Below are positions 57,003 to 64,000 of a DNA stretch of 64,000 nt, piece by piece (within the stretch, counting starts at the first letter, position 1; every line of letters starts with the position of its first letter). Below the pieces are notes generated by a model. It ran no database searches. It had not been told where the DNA came from and saw only the letters and a list, made by a program, of their open reading frames with translations. Made by a program: the position numbers and the translations under genes. Origin of the DNA: an uncultured delta proteobacterium (GTDB lineage: Bacteria; Desulfobacterota; Syntrophobacteria; BM002); assembly GCA_963712115.1 (NCBI GenBank), contig CAVQGX010000031.1:256001-320000 (forward strand), in the 5' to 3' direction.

Positions 57003-58376
57003 GTGGAGCCGACAACAGTCTATCTAACAAGCCTGGGTTGTCCTAAAAATAGAGTTGATAGTGAGGTTATCCTTGGCTCTCTCATCAATGCTGGCTACAA
57101 ACCGGTGGAAGAGCCACTTGATGCCCAGCTTATTGTAGTGAACACCTGCGGATTTATTAGAAGTGCCACCGAGGAATCCATCGAGACAATTTTGGAGCTG
57201 GCTCAGGCGAAAAAATTGGGCCGCTGTGAGTTCCTCGTAGTGGCAGGGTGCCTGCCCCAACGTTATGGTCGTAAATTGGTCAAGTCCATGCCTGAGGTGG
57301 ACCTATTCGTGGGCACCAGCTCTTTTGTCCATTTGGTGGAGATCCTTGCTCGCTATCAGAAGGATGATCTGGAAAGGCTCAATCTTGAGCCACCCAGATT
57401 CCTCATGAACTCGAAAACTCCAAGAACTCTTTCGGCCCCTTTTTACAGTGCCTACCTAAAGGTTGCAGAGGGCTGCAGTAATCGCTGCTCCTTTTGCACC
57501 ATCCCTGCTATCCGTGGTCCCTATCGCAGCAGACCTCTGAACGACTTGCTCCAAGAAGCCGAGTGGCTAGCCTCTCGGGGTGTGATTGAACTCAACCTGG
57601 TGGCCCAGGATACGACTGCTTATGGAACAGATCTGGACGCTACGCTCCGTCTGCCCGACCTTCTGGAGGCCCTGGCAAAAATTGGCAAGTTTCCTTGGAT
57701 CCGGGTTCTTTATGGCTATCCCCAAAAGATCGATGGTAAACTGTTGGAGACCATGGCCTCATATGAGTCCATCTGCAATTACCTTGACCTGCCTCTGCAA
57801 CATGTGTCCGGCCACCTGCTCAAGGCCATGGGTCGAACCGGCTCTGCCGAGGAATTCCTTGAGCTCGTCGCCCTGATCCGGGAGTATCTTCCAGAGGTCA
57901 CCTTGCGGACCACACTAATAGTTGGATTTCCTGGAGAAAGGCAAGAGGATTTCCAAGAACTTTACGAGTTTGTTGAGCAGGCCAGATTCCAGCGACTGGG
58001 ACTTTTTGCCTATTCACCCGAAAAGGGGACTCGGGCAGCCTTATTAAGTGATCCAGTGGAGGAATCCGTTAAAATACAGAGAGTGCAAGTTCTAGCGGCT
58101 CTCCAGGAGAAAATCAGTCTGGATTATAACAGCCGCCTGGTGGGAACAGCCCAACCGGTTCTTATTGAAGGTGTGAGCGACGAGAGCGACTTGCTGCTGC
58201 AGGCCCGTCTTGCCTCGCAGGCACCGGAGGTAGACGGCTGTGTGCTCATAAATAAAGGCTTCGGCAAGGTGGGTGAGATAGTAGCAGCGCGCATAACTGA
58301 AGCTCACCCCCATGATCTGATTGGTGAAATCGCTGAGTCCCCAAATCCACCGTCTAATATGGTTATCAGGAATTAA
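57003..58376 (+). CDS. rimO: Ribosomal protein S12 methylthiotransferase RimO
   Basis: SLGCPKN.VDSE, NTCGFI, AEGCSNRCSFC.IP.IRG, APEVDG TRAM domain. Confidence 0.95.
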   Translation: MEPTTVYLTSLGCPKNRVDSEVILGSLINAGYKPVEEPLDAQLIVVNTCGFIRSATEESIETILELAQAKKLGRCEFLVVAGCLPQRYGRKLVKSMPEVDLFVGTSSFVHLVEILARYQKDDLERLNLEPPRFLMNSKTPRTLSAPFYSAYLKVAEGCSNRCSFCTIPAIRGPYRSRPLNDLLQEAEWLASRGVIELNLVAQDTTAYGTDLDATLRLPDLLEALAKIGKFPWIRVLYGYPQKIDGKLLETMASYESICNYLDLPLQHVSGHLLKAMGRTGSAEEFLELVALIREYLPEVTLRTTLIVGFPGERQEDFQELYEFVEQARFQRLGLFAYSPEKGTRAALLSDPVEESVKIQRVQVLAALQEKISLDYNSRLVGTAQPVLIEGVSDESDLLLQARLASQAPEVDGCVLINKGFGKVGEIVAARITEAHPHDLIGEIAESPNPPSNMVIRN

Positions 58377-58395
58377 ATCAGTTTCTTATGGAGTA

Positions 58396-58587
58396 TTCCT
58401 GATCGCCAGCAAGGTATTAGATGCGAGGCGCCGAGGAGCGACTATTGAGGCGTATGGAGCAATACGGTGCAAGCATGCCCCCGCGCAGGCGGGGGGAGAA
58501 GCGATCGAAGGCAACGCCGCCCTTCGACTTTGCTCAGGGCCGTGAGCCTGTCGAACGGCAAATGGTGCCTTGCTGGTGGATCAGGGA
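58396..58587. mobile_element. ~190-bp MITE-like element with nested REP-type hairpins
   Basis: Imperfect TIR TTCCTGATCGCCAGCAAGG / CCTTGCTGGTGGATCAGGGA; internal GAGGCGTAT..ATACG; nested CCCCCGC-GCAG-GCGGGGG and CCCTTCGACTTTGCTCAGGGC. Confidence 0.6.
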
Positions 58588-58679
58588 GTCCGAATTGTTT
58601 TGACAACTAACCCAATTTGGGCTATTAAGAAGTGTTCTATAGTTTTTCCAGCCTCAACTTTAGCTAAGGAACCCCAACA

Positions 58680-59687
58680 TTGTCCCTCAAGAGTACCGCA
58701 GAAGACCTGATTCACCAGCAGTACCCTCTTTTCGCCCAGCTGGATGAAGATCTGCAGCGCATCGAGGAAGAGATTAACAAGAATCTCCAATCCAGTGTGC
58801 CCCTCATCGCCCTGGTTACCCGCTACATTATGCGGAGCGGGGGAAAACGATTGCGCCCCTTGTTGACGGTCCTGGCAGCAAGGCTTTTGAACTATCAAGG
58901 TAACGACCACTACGGACTCTCCATTGTCTTCGAGTACCTGCACGCAGCCACCCTCCTCCACGATGATGTGGTGGACAATGCCGAACTGCGCCGTGGCAGG
59001 CCATCGGCCAACACTCTCTGGGGTAATGCGGCGGTAGTTCTTGTAGGGGATTTCCTTCTCGCCACATCTTTTTTTCTTTCCGTAATGAGTGGCAACTTAA
59101 ACATTCTCAGGATCCTCTCGGAGACTACCACCTCTATGGCCGAAGGCGAGGTTCTACAATTGATCAACAGTGACAATTTGGAGATTTCCGAGGAGGAATA
59201 TATTGAGGTTATAAAGCGCAAAACGGCCATTCTTATTTCGGCGGCATGTCAGATTGGCGCCATTCTTGGTCAGGCGGACGAAGAGCAAGAAGAGGCCATG
59301 CGTCGTTTTGGGCTCAACTTGGGTATCGCTTTCCAGCTCAGAGATGACTTCCTAGACTATGCCGGCAGCGAGGAGGAGTTTGGTAAGCCGGTGGGAAAAG
59401 ATCTCCAGGAGGGCAAGATTACCCTGCCCTTAATTCACGCTCTGCAATCGAGTAATGATGGTGACCGCCAGCGTCTGGTAGAACTCATCATCTCGGACCG
59501 CGATTACGAGCAGATCTTTGGCAAGGTCAAAAAAGTCATCCAAGATTATCAGGGACTCGACTACACTGATAAGCTTGCCAACCACCACATAACCGAGGCC
59601 AAATCGGCACTGTCAATTTTCCCGGAATCACCCACCCGACAATCCTTACTCGAGATCGCTGAATACGTGGTCACCCGCCGTATTTAG
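58680..59687 (+). CDS. ispB: Polyprenyl (octaprenyl-type) diphosphate synthase
   Basis: GGKRLRP, LHDDVVD..RRG, FQLRDDFLD, GKPVGKDLQEGKITLP. Confidence 0.88.
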   Translation: MSLKSTAEDLIHQQYPLFAQLDEDLQRIEEEINKNLQSSVPLIALVTRYIMRSGGKRLRPLLTVLAARLLNYQGNDHYGLSIVFEYLHAATLLHDDVVDNAELRRGRPSANTLWGNAAVVLVGDFLLATSFFLSVMSGNLNILRILSETTTSMAEGEVLQLINSDNLEISEEEYIEVIKRKTAILISAACQIGAILGQADEEQEEAMRRFGLNLGIAFQLRDDFLDYAGSEEEFGKPVGKDLQEGKITLPLIHALQSSNDGDRQRLVELIISDRDYEQIFGKVKKVIQDYQGLDYTDKLANHHITEAKSALSIFPESPTRQSLLEIAEYVVTRRI

Positions 59688-59815
59688 TTCCCCACGCCAC
59701 CATTCTTCCTAACCGGACCACTGTATTTCTGGTCTAAGTTTAGCTTTCCAACTAGGCACTAGGCAGTAAGCGCTAAACACCGAGAATGAGAATTCGGAAT
59801 GCGGAGCTTGCAGAT

Positions 59816-59975
59816 AAATTCGAAATCCTAATATCTAAATCCTAAACAAATTCAAATTTTCAAAATCGCAAATGGCCGAAACTTCCAATTCATTGTTTAA
59901 TTCGATTTTGTTTTGAACATTGGAAAATTTGGAATTCGGATTTGTTTCGTGCTTCGGATTTAGGATTTCGGATTT
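59816..59975. repeat. ~160-bp AT-rich imperfect inverted-repeat element, copy 2, nested in CACTAGG-type arms
   Basis: AAATTCGAAATCCTAATATCTAAATCCTAAACAAATTC ... GGATTTGTTTCGTGCTTCGGATTTAGGATTTCGGATTT. Confidence 0.7.
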
Positions 59976-60121
59976 GATATTGAGCGCTTACTACTCCCCG
60001 TTCCGAGTTAGAATGCATAGTCCTTAGTGCGTAGTGTAGTTGTCACTTGGGTACGAGGTTTGCATAAGAATCCTATCTACTTTGACATGTGCTTGGAAAG
60101 GTTCGGTAGATTTCGGCCCAC

Positions 60122-62353
60122 ATGATCAACCAATGGCGAGGAAAATCTGTTATGTCCAAGGTTTATAAATGGTTGGCTGCAATCTTGGGTGGTCTGCTCT
60201 TGTTGTTTTTGGTGCTAGTTCTATTTGTCCGCTTCTACCTTACGGGTGAACTTATCGCCGCTTGGATTGAGCCTCCCATGGAAAACTATCTACACCGCAA
60301 TGTGACGCTTGCTGATGCCAGGATTGGATTCCGCGGCTTTCGAGTAGATGGCCTGGAGATCCACGAACAAGGCAGCAGTGCTCCGTTGCTAAAGGGTGAA
60401 AAGTTAGAGCTCCGTTGGAGATTCAAGGAACTTATAAAAGGTAGAATCGTAATCCACACCCTGGTGTTCACCAAGCCGGAGATTAATCTCATCCGCTATG
60501 AAGACGGAAAACTGAACATCGCCGACCTGTTACCGGAGCATGCAGATCCAAATATTCAGGAATATTCCAGCAAGCATGCCGGTGTCCCACTGCTTATTTC
60601 ATTACTTTCTATGGAAAATGGTCACCTTAGCTTTGTGGATCGTTCCCAGAAGCCCCAAGCAACATTGGAAATAAGAAACCTCAAATCGCGGATAAATGAC
60701 TTTTCCGCCAGCGCACCCATTCCCTTTCAGATAGAAGGCCAGATTGTGGGCACGGGTCAAGGTTCTTTGGCTGTGAATGGCACTTACAACCCGGTAGGTG
60801 AAAACCTCGAGGGGAATTTGAGTCTCAAAGAAGTTGATCTGGTAAGGATTAGTCCCTTCATAGCTCGAAATCACTCACATGTTATCCAGCAAGGCAACCT
60901 GACTTTGGAAACATCCCTGTCCACAGAGGGATTTGACCACTTTGTGGCTCAAGGCAGTCTGAATCTGGATAAACTGAAGGTAAAAAATGGTGAAAAGCTG
61001 TCTGACACCCTCCAGGTGGAAGGCGATTTCCAACTTGATGCTTTACTCTCCAAGGAAACACTTAAAGTGAACTCTCTCAACCTGGTTCTCAATGGGCAAA
61101 TGGCCGAGATCCAGGGAACGCTTACTAAGTGGCAGCAAAAACCTCTTTTTGATTTTACTCTCACCTCCCATGAAATTAAATTGGACGAACTCTTGGCCCT
61201 CCTACCCAAAGCTCCACCTGCAACTGAGACCATTGAAGCCCCAACTGATCAATCAGCACCCGTTAAGGAGAGCTCGTCGACTCCTGAGGTTGAGGAAAAA
61301 GCCAGTTCTGAGGTGGTTTCTCTGCCTTCGTCAACGAAGACGGAAGAAAAGTTGGTTGAACAACTCAAGACTCCCGAGACTGCCCCAGAATCAACCGCTG
61401 TTGGTGGTAAGGCTGGTGGAGACTCCGGCGAGTCAGTTGTACTGCCCACAGGACCAGCTTCTGAAGGTGGAAGGGAAGAGTTGGAGGGGAATAAACCCTT
61501 TAATCTGGATGCTCAGGCAACTATTCATCTTGACTGGCTTCATTATAAAAAATTGGTTGCCAGCAATGTTGACTGCCAGGTGAATTTTCAAGAAGGAAAA
61601 TTGCGAGTACAACCTCTGTCAGCGTCTCTTTATGGCGGCACATTAGGGGGTAATGCAAGAACGGACACGAAATCGGTCGGTCCCCCTTTCCATTCTATTG
61701 TTTACACAGAAAATATCCTGCTTGACGAAATAGTTGGAGTCATTTGGCCCGAAACCGGCGGGCGCTGGTCCGGCAATGTGAACCTCTTCTTTAGAGGCAA
61801 TGGTAGCGGATCAGACCTGAGTGCCCTGCAATCCCGCATTGATTTGAATATCAACGAAGCCGAGTTTTCTGGGCACCCTCTTTTCACAAAGCTTGCAGAG
61901 TTGTTTCAAGCCGAAAACCTTAAACAACTCCGATTTTCCCAAGTAACTGCAAGGGTTCTCACAAAGGAAGGGATAGCTACTATTAAAAGGCTGCATTTAG
62001 TTGGTCCCATAGTGCAAGCGGAAGGAAGTGGAACCGCGGGTCTCTTGGATAAAAATCTCGACTTACATCTACTCCTCCAGATCCGAGCTCAGTATGTAGG
62101 TAAAATCGGGCCTTTAAGGGACATAGTCACCAAAATCTCAGATAAACACGGCTTTGTTCAACTACCCTTGACGGTGCAGGGTACCTTTGATGAGCCAGTG
62201 TATGGGCTGAATCAGAGCTGGCTGGAGAAAACTGCCAAAAGAGTCGGGGTTCAGCAAGTGAAAAAGCCTGATAAGAAACAGCTGCCCAAGCAGCCTATTA
62301 GCGAGCAAAAGCAGAAGCAACTCAAAGAGGGATTAGAAAAGCTTGTCCAGTGA
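60122..62353 (+). CDS. AsmA family protein
   Basis: N-terminal TM; P.I.L.R...G.LNI.DL; repeated beta-taco-like segments; LPL.V.GT...P C-terminus. Confidence 0.82.
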   Translation: MINQWRGKSVMSKVYKWLAAILGGLLLLFLVLVLFVRFYLTGELIAAWIEPPMENYLHRNVTLADARIGFRGFRVDGLEIHEQGSSAPLLKGEKLELRWRFKELIKGRIVIHTLVFTKPEINLIRYEDGKLNIADLLPEHADPNIQEYSSKHAGVPLLISLLSMENGHLSFVDRSQKPQATLEIRNLKSRINDFSASAPIPFQIEGQIVGTGQGSLAVNGTYNPVGENLEGNLSLKEVDLVRISPFIARNHSHVIQQGNLTLETSLSTEGFDHFVAQGSLNLDKLKVKNGEKLSDTLQVEGDFQLDALLSKETLKVNSLNLVLNGQMAEIQGTLTKWQQKPLFDFTLTSHEIKLDELLALLPKAPPATETIEAPTDQSAPVKESSSTPEVEEKASSEVVSLPSSTKTEEKLVEQLKTPETAPESTAVGGKAGGDSGESVVLPTGPASEGGREELEGNKPFNLDAQATIHLDWLHYKKLVASNVDCQVNFQEGKLRVQPLSASLYGGTLGGNARTDTKSVGPPFHSIVYTENILLDEIVGVIWPETGGRWSGNVNLFFRGNGSGSDLSALQSRIDLNINEAEFSGHPLFTKLAELFQAENLKQLRFSQVTARVLTKEGIATIKRLHLVGPIVQAEGSGTAGLLDKNLDLHLLLQIRAQYVGKIGPLRDIVTKISDKHGFVQLPLTVQGTFDEPVYGLNQSWLEKTAKRVGVQQVKKPDKKQLPKQPISEQKQKQLKEGLEKLVQ

Positions 62354-62529
62354 CATTCAACTGGAATGGTGGAATAATGGAATACTGGAATATTGGAAAT
62401 TATGGTCATGGTCTTTGTCTTGGTAGACGCGTAAAACTCTGAAACTTCGCGGACTATACTCGCCTTACTTCTAGGCTTTTGTCCCCCCAATGTATTTGAA
62501 GACTAGACCCAACTTTCCAACATTCCTAA

Positions 62530-62686
62530 GAGAGAAACCCCGACAAACCCTCGCGCTGCCTGACTCACCGCCCCCTACCGTCCCTTCCAGTTGTTCTGGG
62601 AGCTCAACTGGCCTTACGTTTAGTCCGTAAGCGGATTCATAGGTTGGTCTCTTGGAGCCAAGTCCCCGCACGCGGCTTATCGGGGT
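62530..62686 (-). ncRNA. Putative ~150-nt structured ncRNA
   Basis: 13-bp closing helix ACCCCGAUAAGCC/GGUUUGUCGGGGU with G-U pairs, further helices and two apical hairpins; promoter ATGAGA-17-TAAGAT (extended TG) places +1 at the first paired base. Confidence 0.6.
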
Positions 62687-62782
62687 CATCTAATCTTAGC
62701 ACAATTTGTGTTTGCTCTCATAGATTTTTTTCTGGTCTTTCTGTCCCCCATGCCTTCCCACTCTTTTCTTAATTCAGCCCCT

Positions 62783-63048
62783 CAGTTGTCCGTAGTCCGT
62801 TGTCAGTTGCTCAAAACGTTGAAACCGTTTAAATAACTTCAAATTGGATATGAGATGTGAGATCTGAGATGTGGGGTGCTAAATCTCCGGGTAAATGTTG
62901 AATCTCACATCACACATCACACATCGCACATCTGCTCCTTTGGATTTTGCTTTTTTTAAATCCGAAATCCGCAATCCGAAATCCGCAATGCCCTTCCATG
63001 CTCCATGCGGCGAACGGAGTGAGCAACAACGAACCACGGACTACTGAC
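62783..63048. repeat. Nested inverted heptamer-array structure
   Basis: Outer CAGTTGTCCGTAGTCCGTTGTCAGTTGC / GCAACAACGAACCACGGACTACTGA; inner GATGTGA-type (62847-62873) / TCACATC-type (62902-62932); AATCCG(A/C) x4 at 62958. Confidence 0.7.
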
Positions 63049-63172
63049 CAGGTAGAAATACCCTAGCCTTTGAGGCGAAAAAATGGTAAGCATTCTAACG
63101 TGTGGCACAGGTGGCGGGCCAAGGCTTTGACTTTAGCCGACTAGATTTTCAGGAGCCCTAAATGCAAGTTTT

Positions 63173-63284
63173 CTGGAGTACTGGAGTAGTGGAGTACTGG
63201 AGGAATATCGAAATCAGACTGCCGTCTTCGAACAGACTCTAATGTATTTGCAACACTCCAATACTCCATCACTCCATCACTCCA
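63173..63284. repeat. Inverted octamer arrays
   Basis: TGGAGTA(C/G) repeats at 63173-63202 versus ACTCCA(A/T)-type repeats at 63251-63284; related TGGAATA array at 62382-62415. Confidence 0.65.
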
Positions 63285-63304
63285 ATTAAGAGGAATCTTT
63301 TCCC

Positions 63305-64000
63305 ATGAAAGAAAGGACTCCCTTCTTTTGCATCTTAACTCTCGTGTTTCTGGCCATGGTCGCCGGGCTGATCGTCTGGCAGTGGGATACCCTGGTTGAG
63401 AAAATTGCAGGAGAAAAACTCGAGGAGGAACGCCAGGGTTGGATGGAACGAACTCAAGAGCTCGAGTCCATCATTCTGGAGTTGCAGCAGGGTAAAGAAT
63501 TTAAACCGCTCCTGCCAGCGGAAAGATTAAGTCAAGCCTTTGGTCCTACTTCACCTTTAGTGAAGGGGGCGTCACCAAGAAGCATGAAGTGCGAAGAACT
63601 GGAGGCCTCCCTCCGCGCCTTTTGCCAGTATCTGGACGCCGGTGAAACTTTTCGCTCTCAAAAGACTCACCGTGACAGTTGGGCACTTTTTACCAGCATT
63701 CTTCAGTCCCTGGAACGGCGACCTCCAGTAATGAGCGCGGAAGCTTATAGACCCTCGGTAATAGTTGAAAATAGCTTTTATTTCATCAGGTTACTCGGCA
63801 AAGAGAAGATCGACATTCTGCGCGAGGTGATCAAATTCGAGTCAGATCTTGCTGAACCCCTTATGGGCATCATCTACTACTGGCTAATGACTGGCAGGAG
63901 TTGTGACAAGTTACCATCTCCCTCTTCTGCTTTAAAGTTTATGTATAATTACGCTGGCTTCTTCCTGAACACCCTGGGGGGCCATTCGTATTTGTACCGC
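63305..64000 (+). CDS. Membrane-anchored hypothetical protein; runs off the window
   Basis: Manual translation MKERTPFFCILTLVFLAMVAGLIVWQW...; same frame at the window end reads YAGFFLNTLGGHSYLYR; RBS GAGGA. Confidence 0.75.
   Translation, partial: MKERTPFFCILTLVFLAMVAGLIVWQWDTLVEKIAGEKLEEERQGWMERTQELESIILELQQGKEFKPLLPAERLSQAFGPTSPLVKGASPRSMKCEELEASLRAFCQYLDAGETFRSQKTHRDSWALFTSILQSLERRPPVMSAEAYRPSVIVENSFYFIRLLGKEKIDILREVIKFESDLAEPLMGIIYYWLMTGRSCDKLPSPSSALKFMYNYAGFFLNTLGGHSYLYR

Noticed and set aside
62667-62671. GUGCG group II intron 5' motif within the ncRNA candidate
   Set aside because: No domain V/VI sequence and no reverse transcriptase nearby.
62471-62689. 72-aa minus-strand ORF
   Set aside because: No RBS or recognisable domain; it coincides with the predicted structured RNA, whose pairing explains the sequence better.

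Overview
64 kb of chromosome from a sulfate-reducing Desulfobacterota-like (deltaproteobacterial) bacterium. Left to right: (i) an uncharacterised minus-strand envelope cluster (coiled-coil lipoprotein, carboxypeptidase-regulatory-like lipoprotein, large CsgG/FlgT-like+PEGA+TPR lipoprotein, TolB-like PD40 propeller, TPR protein, family-5 ABC substrate-binding protein); (ii) complete tolQRAB-pal-cpoB; (iii) DjlA-like co-chaperone, two YkgJ paralogues, other Cys-rich proteins, an extended NDK and a SEC-C protein; (iv) a ~21.5 kb sigma54-controlled block with two TauE/SafE operons, many universal stress proteins, a PEP-synthase-like dikinase, two paralogous HK/EBP two-component systems, mgtE and a Lon protease with a receiver domain inserted in its AAA+ module; (v) sat-aprBA-qmoABC; (vi) rimO, polyprenyl synthase, AsmA. 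No rRNA, tRNA, CRISPR or transposase gene was seen. The most striking unexplained signals are non-coding: modular arrays of a constant AATGAC/GTCATT hexamer alternating with shuffled mini-hairpin cassettes (4 loci), nested inverted 7-9-mer microsatellite arms in many intergenic gaps, a 180-bp MITE-like element in two copies with co-varying ends, and a ~150-nt structured ncRNA candidate with its own promoter at 62.5 kb. All calls come from reading motifs by eye; no database searches were run.
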